Shown here: positions 51,267 through 61,687 of the stretch, piece by piece
Position numbering within the stretch: position 1 is the stretch's first letter
Layout: each line of letters starts with the position of its first letter
From: Carpediemonas membranifera BICM
Lineage: Eukaryota > Protista > Fornicata
Direction: 5' to 3'
DNA length: 64,000 bases
NCBI GenBank assembly: GCA_019828565.1
Contig: JAHDYR010000064.1
Span: 558,001 to 622,000 of the forward strand
The notes under the pieces: model-generated
What the model saw: only the letters and a program-made list of their open reading frames with translations
Told to the model about the DNA's origin: nothing
Database searches by the model: none
Position numbers and translations under genes: made by a program

Positions 51267-52652
51267 ATGATCATTCGAGTGCGCACGACAGGCGGGATGA
51301 AGCGCATGGAATTTGATGAGAAGCACGCCACGGTTAAGGACCTTCGAGCGAGGCTTGCTGAGGAGTACAACACCACTGGCGATCAGCCGATCTATATGGG
51401 TCCTACTCCCACTGGAAAGCCGTTAGTCGCCAAACTCAGCCACAAGCTGGCCAATGAGGGGTTCAAAAACGGTACACAGATTTTCTTTGATGAGAAGAAC
51501 ATCGCACAAGAGCCATCGGCCCTCGAACAGAGCGGGAAGAACTTCACGGTCCACGAAGCCAAAGACAAGCGCCCCCGCCCCCCGCACATCGGGCCCGACT
51601 GCACGCATGACGCGACTATGCGGTGTCACCAGTGCTTTGAGGCTTACTACAAGGACCAGAAGGACCCCCTCGCCATCTCGGACGACGAGGAGGCGCCCCC
51701 GGTATATGCCCGCAAGAACATGCGGGACGCGCGGTACCTGCACTACCAGCAGTCGCTGATCCCGCACATCAAGCACCAGGACACAGGCCGGGTCCGGACG
51801 GTCAGCCTCGCACAGCACGTCGTGGAGCAGTTTAACGCGGGCCTCGTAACCTATGAGTACTACCATCGCCGTCTAGCCATCCTCTTCGGCCGCTTCGACC
51901 AGGACAACGAGACCGTTATTGTAGAGACGTCCTACGAGCCCAAACAGGACTTCAACACCGACACCCAGCAAATTAGACTCGGCGACGACGAGCACTTCGA
52001 CCGGGTTCGGACACTAGGGACGTTCCTCGGCATGGAGCCCGTCGGCTGGATCGTGTCCCACCCCATGATCTCGGATGAGGACGGCGCCCCGCTGAGGGCA
52101 TCAGAGGTCGTTCAGGCGGCTTCGTGGCAGCTCGAGTTCGACACGCGGTTCGTGACCGTCACGGTCTCCGTTGACGATGACAAACAGCTGAGCGTCGACG
52201 CGTTTCAGGTGTCGGATCAGGCGTGCAAAATGGCGAGGAAGGGCTTCTTCGACTGCCCCCAGAGTTCAGATGAGCCCTTCTCCTGCCAGACAACAAAGGA
52301 GGTCGACATCAACGCCGAGATGGTGAAGTCCGTCGGTACCCCCTACCTTACCGTCCCGGTTGGCATCACCACCCACGATGGCGTCTTCGGCGGGGACTTC
52401 CCTGTGCAGAACAGACTGATCGAGCCGACGCCCCGGGACGTGCTGGCGTATCTGGATGCCAACCAGGCCAAGGGGCAGCTCGCGCGCTTCGGGAACATGG
52501 CGTTTCTGCTCTATGTCAGCTACATCCTCGATCTGCACACCCAGATCGCGGAGATCTGCGGTTGTATCCAGCACGGCCTCGAGGAAGGCTTCACGGCAGA
52601 GCACGAGGCCGATATCCGCCGCCACTGCGAGCTCTTGATGCAGTTTGAATGA
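51267..52652 (+). CDS. NPL4: Npl4-like Cdc48/p97 cofactor (UBL, zinc finger, MPN-like)
   Basis: MIIRVRTTGGMKR, CTH..CHQC, YEPKQ, LGMEPVGWIVSH, FVTV, AFQVSDQ, FPVQNR. Confidence 0.9.
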   Translation: MIIRVRTTGGMKRMEFDEKHATVKDLRARLAEEYNTTGDQPIYMGPTPTGKPLVAKLSHKLANEGFKNGTQIFFDEKNIAQEPSALEQSGKNFTVHEAKDKRPRPPHIGPDCTHDATMRCHQCFEAYYKDQKDPLAISDDEEAPPVYARKNMRDARYLHYQQSLIPHIKHQDTGRVRTVSLAQHVVEQFNAGLVTYEYYHRRLAILFGRFDQDNETVIVETSYEPKQDFNTDTQQIRLGDDEHFDRVRTLGTFLGMEPVGWIVSHPMISDEDGAPLRASEVVQAASWQLEFDTRFVTVTVSVDDDKQLSVDAFQVSDQACKMARKGFFDCPQSSDEPFSCQTTKEVDINAEMVKSVGTPYLTVPVGITTHDGVFGGDFPVQNRLIEPTPRDVLAYLDANQAKGQLARFGNMAFLLYVSYILDLHTQIAEICGCIQHGLEEGFTAEHEADIRRHCELLMQFE

Positions 52653-52699
52653 TTCTAAAGTTTTGTCAGATGCAACCATTCCCCGCCAGCATGTCCCAA

Positions 52700-54840
52700 G
52701 GGGCCTAACAAACGTTATCAGTGCACGCCGTTCGAGTCTGCCTGGATCTTGGGGTTGGAGAACAGCCGCTTGGCACCCAAATGCCTCAACACCTTCACGC
52801 TGACCTTGAGGGTCGCCCTGATCATGGCGACGACGTACTTGGCGGCCATGAGGACGGTCGTGTAGGTCTTGCAGACGGCGAACACCGTGTCACGAACAAC
52901 GCCGTGAGGACGCCTGAGATGTTTAGGACGCGGGACTTGATCGTCAGGGCGACGGAAATGCTCGTGTCGAGGTCGGGGATGACCCGGATTCAGTGATGAG
53001 GTCCAGCGTCGTCCTCGAGTCGAACAACGGCTTTGGAGTTGTGGCGAAGTGCAGCTGAACCACTGATGCTAGAATACAATACTTTACCCCATAAACTGCG
53101 CAGAGTCAGGTGAGGTCCCATGACAGGGTGAAGGCGAAGGACGACGTCACGCTCTCCTTGAACAACATGCCGCTCAGGTCCTCGTGCTGGATGAGGCGGG
53201 CCCTCGGCGTGTTGCTTCACTCTCGGCTGGCGTCACCGGACACTACACTGCCATTGTAGAGGGACACCGAGCTATTCTTACTGAAGTGGATCGTACCCGT
53301 GGTGTTGACCTTGACGATGACGTTCGGGGTCGCCGCGTCTGTCGCGTCCATAGCCCCGTCGGTTACCGACTCCCAACCGAGTCGGTGGCCGTCAAAATAT
53401 TCGCCGATGCAGTGGTAGTCGAGATCCTGGCATGGCACGTTGTTCGTGTGAAGCAGCCGGCCGAGGTGAGCGATTCGATGAACTGGCCGGAGCATGTCAT
53501 GTCAGCGAAATACATGAGCTTCATTTATAAAGTAGACATCCGAGATCGGCGTCGTATTCGAGCAGCGTCGTTGTCGCGGGGTCCAGGAACTCGAGCTTCT
53601 GGAACTCAGACTCGACGACGGAGTTTCTCTCGCCGGTGGCGTCCGCCGTGTAAGCCCGGAAGAACACAGAAGCGTATCTGATCAGGTAGCCGATGACGAA
53701 GAAGGGCGTCATGAGGCTGCCGGTGAACGTGCCCCTCGAGGCCACGTAGTATCCGTCGCGGGACCTCGACGTCGCCGGATCCGCGTCGAAGGACACGAAC
53801 TGCCCTTTGACCGGATCAACCTGCCGGGCGAAGGAGATGAAGGCCGAGTGGCCCGCCTCGAACCAGCGCATGGGGTGCCACTTGGACTTGAAGCGGTCCT
53901 GGTCTTTGATGACGATGTGGATGTTGAGGACCGCGATGGACCCTGTCGCCATGCAGCACGAACAGATGTACGCGCTGTACACGATAGCCGTCGTGATGAC
54001 AGTGGCACAGTCAGCTCGGCGAAGTCGACGGCCTTGTCAATGACCCAGGAGCTGAAGTCGACCGCGGTTTCACTGAGAATGCCGAGGCTGTGCGTCCTGG
54101 TCCCATTCACCAGCGAGGTGTACGTCAGCGGCACGTACGCCCCGGCCGGTCAGCACTGATCGTCCGTGCAGGCGTGGCAAGCGTCCTCTCAGAAGGGGCT
54201 GAAGGTGTGGGTCGCAGAAGACGCAGGCGCCGAAGTACTGCTCGCTACGGTGGGTCCCGGCGAAGCAGTCGTACTGCTTGAGTGAGTGAATGAGGAAGAC
54301 GACCTCACTCAGCCTGAACGTGCTCGTATGGACCAGCAGAGACCCGTTGCTCCACATGATCGTGGGGTGCGCGGTGTACTCGTCCAGGATGCCGGGGTTC
54401 AGGAAGCGGTTGGGGTGGGCGTACGCGATGGTGCTAGCCGCGTCGACGTGGCATGTGGCGGGGGCCGGGGGGCAGTACACACTCGACGTCGGGGGCAGGG
54501 TGCGGCGATCTCCGCCTCCGTCTCCCAGAACTCGTCGATGACGTCGACCCGGTTCATGTTGGGGACACCCAGCCCAACGTGTGAGAGGCTGGTCTTCTCG
54601 TCGTATTCCACCCGCATCACAGGCATGCAGTGGCCGTATTGTCCGCGATGGGCTTGACGTACCCGGCGCCGACGAAACCACCGGCCGAGTCGGTGGAGTT
54701 ACGGGCGAAGAAGCACATCTCGGGGATGTTGTAGTCGCCATAGCAGCCGGTGAATGTCCCGCTCCGTCATGCTCCGACAAGCAAGCCAAGGCGTGACCTT
54801 GGCGCACTCGCGGAGCTAAAAGGTAATACGCTGCAATCAT
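52700..54840 (-). pseudogene. Decayed gene for a Cys-containing surface/membrane protein (boundaries approximate)
   Basis: Coding-like fragments switch frames repeatedly with in-frame stops (e.g. GACVFCDPH / EDACHACTDDQC*), and no intron signals at the breaks. Confidence 0.55.
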
Positions 54841-55026
54841 GGCTATGTAAACCCAGATTCGTCATCCTCGGCCTAGTTGTGCCGACAGCGCTTTGTCCCG
54901 CGCTGGGAGGCCTTGGGCATCACACATGTAGCAAATAAACCAGCAGTCATAGAAGCACATAGCGGGGTGTGGGGCTCTGAATAGCGCTATGGCAGGGTTT
55001 TGGCGCGTGGTTCATGTTGGGTCATT

Positions 55027-56013
55027 ATGAAGGTCGTCGGAAAGGATGTGAGGATTGCCACCATAACCCTCAATCCAGCACTGGACGAGATGCTAGAGAT
55101 CCCTAACTTCCACGTGGGAGAAGTGAATCGCGTTGAGAAGCGCAGTTGCTTCGCGGCAGGGAAGGGCATCAATGTCGCCGCCTTCCTGAGACAGCTGAGC
55201 AGTTGCAGCGTTGATAGCAAAAACTACGATGTTTCAGTACTGGGATTTCTCGGCGATGCGAATGATGGGCCATTCCGCGCCCTCTTTCATCGCCTGAACA
55301 TCACCGACGCCATGACCCGAGTCTCTGGACCGACGAGGACAAATATCAAGATTATGGCTGCGGCAGGCACTACTGACATCAACGTACCAGGTGCCCCGGT
55401 CACGGCGGGGGACGTGGCCGGTCTCCTCGCCGCAGTGACCGCCGCCGCCCCAGGGCATGGAGTCTTCGTCCTGGCGGGCAGTCTCCCCAGTGGCGTGGAT
55501 GCTGCGTTTCTTCAGTCGCTCGTTAGTCAACTCCGCGAGGCCGGTGTAGTCGTCGTCGACACCAGTGGCCCCGCTCTCGCCGCCGCCGTCCGGGCTAGTC
55601 CGGACATCATCAAGCCCAACGAGGACGAGCTTGCTGAGCTGTGCCCCGAGCTTCCTGCTGCCCCAACCCTGGCAGACTACCGCGAGGCCTGCCGAGCTCT
55701 TGTGTCGCGCCACGGTGTAGGCCTGGTCGCCCTCACACTCGGCCAGAGAGGCTGCCTGCTCGTCACCGCAGACGAGTGCGTCCATGCGGCGCAGGACCCC
55801 ACGGCACACGTGCCCGTCGTCAGCACCGTCGGGGCGGGGGACGCTTTCCTCGCCGGACTCGTCGGGTGCCTCATCTCGGGTGACAGCCTGGCCACAGCAG
55901 CTTGCACTGCCACCGAGGTTGCGATGCGGACGCTGGGCCAAGTTGGGCCATTCCTCTGTACAGAGGTCGGCAAGGCCGTTGTCGTTCCCTGGGATGGGCC
56001 TGCATTCAAGTGA
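55027..56013 (+). CDS. 1-phosphofructokinase-like PfkB carbohydrate kinase (FruK/LacC type)
   Basis: TITLNPALD, AGKGINVA, LAGSLP, VDTSG, IKPNEDEL, STVGAGDAFLAG. Confidence 0.93.
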   Translation: MKVVGKDVRIATITLNPALDEMLEIPNFHVGEVNRVEKRSCFAAGKGINVAAFLRQLSSCSVDSKNYDVSVLGFLGDANDGPFRALFHRLNITDAMTRVSGPTRTNIKIMAAAGTTDINVPGAPVTAGDVAGLLAAVTAAAPGHGVFVLAGSLPSGVDAAFLQSLVSQLREAGVVVVDTSGPALAAAVRASPDIIKPNEDELAELCPELPAAPTLADYREACRALVSRHGVGLVALTLGQRGCLLVTADECVHAAQDPTAHVPVVSTVGAGDAFLAGLVGCLISGDSLATAACTATEVAMRTLGQVGPFLCTEVGKAVVVPWDGPAFK

Positions 56014-56145
56014 CGTAAAGGAATGCATGTTGACTCGGCCTGTCGTGCTTGGGCGAGATATTAGACGGCCGTCGCAGTAGGCCAACTAGCAGCCTGATTT
56101 ACGTGACACGTAATTCTTCTTGTCTTGCAGACCAACGAGAGCCAT

Positions 56146-59100
56146 ATGATCCTTCACGAACAGATCATATCGGGTTTCGCCTTCATTCCAGCAGAACGTT
56201 CGTTCTTTAACCTCTTCCTTGGCTTCGTGAAAACGATGCGGCGCTACTCCATCGTCCCCCTTGTTACTTTCTTCATCCTACACGCTTATTTTATCATCCG
56301 GGCCACGTCCTTCATCGGAGACTTGCTCATATACCGCGAAACTGTCATCTCTGTGCTCAACAAGCTGACGGGGTCGATCACGATCGCCGTGCCCGTGCTC
56401 TTCGCCATCCTCGGGGTCATCTCGCTCACCACAGTCACGCTGGGGATGATAGTAATGTCTGTGCGACGACAGATCAACGACGTGCACTTGCAGCGCCCCA
56501 CGCCGCTGTCTTCCGTCCTCTTCGTCCTCGGCACGGTCCACGTGGACGTTTTGGCGCCCCTGTCGGCGTATTCCGCGGCTCATGTCGGCGCGGTGTTGAT
56601 CAAGACCGGGAACCTTGCAGTCGTATCCATTACAGTAGTCGCCCTCGTCGTCATGCAGGCGACGCAGGCGCTCTTCTGCGGCACGTTCACGCTCTTCATG
56701 CTCGACCCCATCCCGGGCAACCTCAGTCCCGTCAAGCCCGCTACCACAAGGCCCAGGGCAGCCCTTGCTGTCACTGAGTCCGTCGCAGTGCCGCTGTGCA
56801 GCCTGTGCGCCTCGTTCCCGGCCCTGCGGACCCCGGCCCTCGTCTTCCTCGCCGTGGCCCACTGCGGGTTCGGGCTGTACACCACCGTGTACATCCCTAT
56901 GGCCGCCATGATGTCCACCGTCGCCACCGTCGCCCACGTGACGGCCGGCGGCGTTGCCCTCCTCGCGCTGCTCGTCGAGCCGTGGTCGGGCCTCTTCTCC
57001 CTCGGGCTGTGCTGCATAGTCGCAGCCAACCTGCTCGCCGTCAACGCGGCGTCCTTCCTGAGCCGCTTCCGGTGCGCGTCCCGAGGCTACAACACGCTCA
57101 TTCTCCCGCCCCTCGCCACGTCGTACGACGCAGAGATCGCAGTTCGATCCGCCCGTGACCCAACGTTCTTCACGTCGCACAGCTGCACGGCCGCGAACGC
57201 CGCGACGCTGCTGACTGCGCGTGCCCAGAAGAGCCGTTGGGCCGGGAGTCCGTTCTTCATCATCACAACGATCCAGATGCTCCTGCTGGCCAGGCCGAGG
57301 GACACCGCCATCGCGACCCGCCTCATCGACAGCATGACGCGGGTGCCCGCCCTGGCAGACACGCGGTATCAGCTGTACGCGCTGACGGAGCTTATCAAGT
57401 CCGGGGTTATGCAGGACTCCGCCAAGGCCGACGCCAGGGCCCGCCGCATGAGCATGCTGCGGTCCGCCACAGGCTGCATCGTTGAGCTCGTGGAGCTGCG
57501 GGTTGCGCTGCTGTCTGCGCTGCTGGCCAAGGACCCGGCAGTCGACGGCCTCCTTGCGACGTACATCGAGGCGTCCATCGACGCCCAGGCGACACTACAC
57601 CGGGCGGATACGGCGCTGTTCCAGGACGTCACGTGGCTGGCGTTCGCGCTGTACTTCTACGTTGCCCTGTTGCCCCACTCGCGGCAGACCCAATCCGTCC
57701 TGACGGGGGTCGCGCCGAGCCATGGGTCCCACCCGGTCGACCAGATCCACAACTACCGCACGGTCAAGCGGAACGAGAGCATCGTCGACCCCTCGGCGAC
57801 GCTCTTCAGCAGGCCGGGCTCCCTTTTCACCCGGGTCGACCGGCCGTCCGCCCGACTCCTCCAGTCCCCGAACGCCAAGGCTGCCCGGCTCCGTCGCGCT
57901 ACAAGGGTTCCGCCGACAGGCGACATGCCGTCTGTGAGGGATAGCCTGGCGCTGATGTACCCCCGCCGCCCTGACGGCCGGCTGCACGTCGCCGCATGGG
58001 TGGTGGACCCCTCGGCCGTACCCTACATCTTCGAGCGCGCCGCCGAGGAGAAGCCGATACACCCCCCGCACTCCCGGAGCAGGCCGCCGGCCCAGCCCGA
58101 CATGTCGAGAGACGACCAGCCCTCGCCGGACCCCCTGGCCGTCCGCACGAAGAGGCCGCGGCGGACGAGGGCGGAGGTCGAGAGCCAGCGCGCCCTGGAC
58201 AACATCGCGCGCGCCCTTCTCACCGCCGTTGTTGGTGACCGCTTCCCCGAGGTGCGCCGCTTCGTCGAGAGGCAGAGGAATCGACTAAGACGACTCAGGC
58301 CGGGGCGGGTGGAGCTGTGTCGGCTGGGCGCGTACGCACTCTTCCTGCTGTCGGGCGCGGTGCTGCTCCTGTACTGCAGACACATGCCCGAGGCCGTCAT
58401 GGCCGAGTCCAGGACCCGCCTGTCCGCCGTGGTGGCCCTCGAGGCGACCGTGTCGGCCCAACAGGACGCCGTAACGGCCATGCTCTTCTCTGACATGGTT
58501 TACTCCCCCGAGCAGTGGGATGCAGTCGCGGGGCTGGCGGCCAAGAGCGGGGGCGCCGTGACCGACATGCTCGCATGGTCCAAGGCCGTCCCGGCATTCC
58601 ACGACCTCACAGTATCCCTTGAGTTCCCCAACGGGACGAGCCTGTTGGTCGTCGAGCGGGCGATCGAGCAGACACAGACGATGGTGGACGCCGGCATCGA
58701 CAACGCCACGGCGCTGCTCTCGGTGCCGGGCCTGGCCTGCTTCTCGGACCATGTCCTCGGCGTGCTCCCCTTCGCCGTGCTGGACGCCGCCGGGCAGATC
58801 TGCAACGGTGTGGCTGTCAACTACGTCGTCGCCGAGATGCTGGCGGTTGGGCTGCTCTCCATCGTACTGCTGACGTCGCTGGGCGCCCAGTGCTCATGTA
58901 TGGGGGCCTTCGAGGCCGTCGACAAGCGCTTCGACCTGCTGCAGCTCGCCATCAAGAACCTCCCCAAGCCCATGGTCGAGAGCGCCCTGCTCGGCATGGA
59001 TGCCCTCTCCTTTATCGGCCGGACCCTCCTCGACAACATGGCCCTCGAGAAGCCCGACGCCCGGCCGCCGGCCATTCTGCCACCTCCGCCCCAGTTCGCT

Positions 59101-61659
59101 GGGCTCGGGCTCGACCAGATCGAGCACGCCTCGAGCAAGAGCAACACTAGCACGCCCAGTGAGGTTACGCCTGTCGCCCCGGACGCGCTCATTGTCACGC
59201 CGAGGTTCGCCAGTGGGTTGGCCACGCACCAGACGAACGCTAGCTCGACGGAGACCCTCGCCGGGAGCCGGTCGGCCCTGGACCTGACGACGGGGGAGAT
59301 GAAGTCGGACGCTGGCCGGAAGCTATTCGCCCGCCGAGCAGACGTGGTGCTGCGGCACCTGACCCAGCATGGGCCCTGGGCGATGGACGCCTTCGAGCCG
59401 GCCATGCGCTTCCCCCACTTCGCCGCCCAGATGCTACTGCATCTCTTCATCGCGGTGTCTACGCTGGTCGTCGTGTGGTTCTTTGTGACCATCCCTGATC
59501 GCAGCGTCCATGCGGCTGCCGTCCGGGACGTCGCCACCGACACTGCCCGGGCACAGCTGGGCGCCGTCCGTCTGTTCGAGTTCGCGGTGTCCGGCAACGC
59601 GTCCCTCGTCGCCGACATCCTCCGTGCCGACGGGGCCGCGACTCCCCCGGCCGGTCGGCTGGGGCCCTGCGACACGGATGTGCTGGCCGCCTACTACCGC
59701 GCCCGCACTCGGCACCGGGCCTTGCTGCGGGCGGGGCTGGCGGTGGCCGCGGATGTCGCCGGCCTGGCCCCCAGCCCGATTTCAACCGACACCTTCGCCG
59801 CGGCATCGGAGTCCCTGCACCACTTCGCCCGCAGCGGCCTGTACAGCACGGCGCTGCTCGTCGAGAGGCTCCAGCCGGGGGACACCGAGGGCCTTGCCGC
59901 GGTGCTGACACACCCAGCCGTCAGGGACGTCGTCAGCGACTATGGTGCGGCCACTGACGCGCTGCTGGCCGAGGTCCACGCTGCGGCGGATAGTGTGACG
60001 TGGGGCTACACCATCGTGGCGATGTTTGTGGCGCTCTTCGTGCTCCTGGGGCTGTTCCTGGTGACGCTAATGTACTACTTCCTCGGTACCGCCATTCCCC
60101 ACGCCGACTGGGACTACCGACGCATACACATCGCCCTGCGCTACTGGGTGCTCGCCGTCCTGCTCGGATCATCCCTCTTCGCCTTCATCGCCGTCCACAC
60201 CATCCTCGTCTTCCCCCGCTTGGCCGCTGCCGCGTACGTCGACCAGCAGGCCCTAGACGCCATCCAGGTCGCCACAACGACCCTCAGAGCCACGGGACTC
60301 CAGGCCCTGGGCGCCATGACGTCCGCCGCGGGTGTCCTGGCGCCATCTGTCCCTGCGGTCGCCACGGTGGGCTTCGACTACATCATGGCCCGCGAGACAC
60401 CATCCGGGCACATGGCGGGACTGCATGCCCGGGTGGTGGGGGCGCCGGCCGAACCCTACCAGGAGCTGCGCTTCCTCCTCAAGGACACCATGCTCACGGA
60501 GGTCGCCGAGCTGGGCTTCGGCGACCTCATCGCCACACTCGCTGAGGCTGTCGAATTCGTCGACGCCATGACGAATCGCGTGATGGCGCTGGTGTTGGAT
60601 GACGAGGCCACCATCGGCTATGCACCCCTCAGGGCGAATTTCACTGCTGCCCGGGCAGCAGACCTCGCCTGGGCCGACGTCCCGGCCCGCTTCTCGGGTC
60701 TGATCACGCCCTTCGTGTCGACCGCGACCGACCTCACCCTGCCAATCGAAGCGAGGCGCACCCTCGCAGGAGCAGAGGTCGCGGAAGGCGCCCTCTCGGC
60801 CGCAGCGGTCACCGTCGAGGCATTCCTGGCGGATGTCTTCGAGGCACTGCCCGACCGGTCGTTCTCGTCGACACTCGTCGCCATGCTGCTCAGCACGGCT
60901 GCCATCTCGACAGTCACCGTCGTCCTCTCCCTTGCGGCCCGGTCGAACGCGGCGTACCAGCGCCAGCACCTGCTGATCGCGGTGCCCCCGCTACGGTCGG
61001 CGGGTCTCGTCGCCGCCTTCCTCGTGGTGACCGGGGCGAGCGTGATGGGCGTGCTGCTGGGCGTGTGGGGCGGGCATCTGCTGATGGTCCACACGACGCT
61101 GGACGCCATCCAGTCCATCCACAAGGCCGCAGACACCGTCGTCCTGATGTCGACAATCCGCACCGTCGTCGCCGCCTGTGCCTCCGACAGCACCCAGTGC
61201 CCCAGGCTGCAGGGAGAGTACGCCGCGGCCGTCGCCCTGCTCGACGAGCTCCTGACCGAGTTCGTGGACGCGGGCGTGCCCTTCTTCCTCAGGCTCCGGG
61301 CGGCCTCGACGGACGATGTCATCGCGGTGCTGTTCGACTCGGATCCAGAGTCGTCGTTCACCATCGACGCCAAGCTGCTGCTCCGACAGTGCGAGGAGGA
61401 GATCGCGACGACCAACAGCACCGCCGTCACGTCCATCTGGGCCGGAATCCGTGCCGACTTCCCGACTGTCGTTGAGGACTACGTGACCGCCTTCGAGAGC
61501 AGCATCGACCGCTACCTCTTCGTGTCCAACGCGACATTCGTGTGGGTGCGCTGGTTCGCGGTGCTTGTCATCAGCACGCATGTCGGCGTCTTTCTCTGCT
61601 ACCACCGCTACCGCACGACTAGGATCCACCACGCCGACCGTGTGCTGGCGCCGTACTAG
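56146..61659 (+). CDS. Giant multipass membrane protein, probable divergent paralogue of 43608-49523
   Basis: ~1840 aa with the same layout: N-terminal TM bundle, helical cytosolic region, repeated TM-loop-TM units. Confidence 0.75.
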   Translation: MILHEQIISGFAFIPAERSFFNLFLGFVKTMRRYSIVPLVTFFILHAYFIIRATSFIGDLLIYRETVISVLNKLTGSITIAVPVLFAILGVISLTTVTLGMIVMSVRRQINDVHLQRPTPLSSVLFVLGTVHVDVLAPLSAYSAAHVGAVLIKTGNLAVVSITVVALVVMQATQALFCGTFTLFMLDPIPGNLSPVKPATTRPRAALAVTESVAVPLCSLCASFPALRTPALVFLAVAHCGFGLYTTVYIPMAAMMSTVATVAHVTAGGVALLALLVEPWSGLFSLGLCCIVAANLLAVNAASFLSRFRCASRGYNTLILPPLATSYDAEIAVRSARDPTFFTSHSCTAANAATLLTARAQKSRWAGSPFFIITTIQMLLLARPRDTAIATRLIDSMTRVPALADTRYQLYALTELIKSGVMQDSAKADARARRMSMLRSATGCIVELVELRVALLSALLAKDPAVDGLLATYIEASIDAQATLHRADTALFQDVTWLAFALYFYVALLPHSRQTQSVLTGVAPSHGSHPVDQIHNYRTVKRNESIVDPSATLFSRPGSLFTRVDRPSARLLQSPNAKAARLRRATRVPPTGDMPSVRDSLALMYPRRPDGRLHVAAWVVDPSAVPYIFERAAEEKPIHPPHSRSRPPAQPDMSRDDQPSPDPLAVRTKRPRRTRAEVESQRALDNIARALLTAVVGDRFPEVRRFVERQRNRLRRLRPGRVELCRLGAYALFLLSGAVLLLYCRHMPEAVMAESRTRLSAVVALEATVSAQQDAVTAMLFSDMVYSPEQWDAVAGLAAKSGGAVTDMLAWSKAVPAFHDLTVSLEFPNGTSLLVVERAIEQTQTMVDAGIDNATALLSVPGLACFSDHVLGVLPFAVLDAAGQICNGVAVNYVVAEMLAVGLLSIVLLTSLGAQCSCMGAFEAVDKRFDLLQLAIKNLPKPMVESALLGMDALSFIGRTLLDNMALEKPDARPPAILPPPPQFAGLGLDQIEHASSKSNTSTPSEVTPVAPDALIVTPRFASGLATHQTNASSTETLAGSRSALDLTTGEMKSDAGRKLFARRADVVLRHLTQHGPWAMDAFEPAMRFPHFAAQMLLHLFIAVSTLVVVWFFVTIPDRSVHAAAVRDVATDTARAQLGAVRLFEFAVSGNASLVADILRADGAATPPAGRLGPCDTDVLAAYYRARTRHRALLRAGLAVAADVAGLAPSPISTDTFAAASESLHHFARSGLYSTALLVERLQPGDTEGLAAVLTHPAVRDVVSDYGAATDALLAEVHAAADSVTWGYTIVAMFVALFVLLGLFLVTLMYYFLGTAIPHADWDYRRIHIALRYWVLAVLLGSSLFAFIAVHTILVFPRLAAAAYVDQQALDAIQVATTTLRATGLQALGAMTSAAGVLAPSVPAVATVGFDYIMARETPSGHMAGLHARVVGAPAEPYQELRFLLKDTMLTEVAELGFGDLIATLAEAVEFVDAMTNRVMALVLDDEATIGYAPLRANFTAARAADLAWADVPARFSGLITPFVSTATDLTLPIEARRTLAGAEVAEGALSAAAVTVEAFLADVFEALPDRSFSSTLVAMLLSTAAISTVTVVLSLAARSNAAYQRQHLLIAVPPLRSAGLVAAFLVVTGASVMGVLLGVWGGHLLMVHTTLDAIQSIHKAADTVVLMSTIRTVVAACASDSTQCPRLQGEYAAAVALLDELLTEFVDAGVPFFLRLRAASTDDVIAVLFDSDPESSFTIDAKLLLRQCEEEIATTNSTAVTSIWAGIRADFPTVVEDYVTAFESSIDRYLFVSNATFVWVRWFAVLVISTHVGVFLCYHRYRTTRIHHADRVLAPY

Positions 61660-61687
61660 ACTAGCTAGGAGTAAATGCTCGCCATCT

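Noticed and set aside
6992-52652. Apparent clustering of proteostasis genes (Sem1, Hrd1-like, Rpn9, Npl4)
   Set aside because: Dispersed among unrelated genes; compatible with chance in a compact genome.
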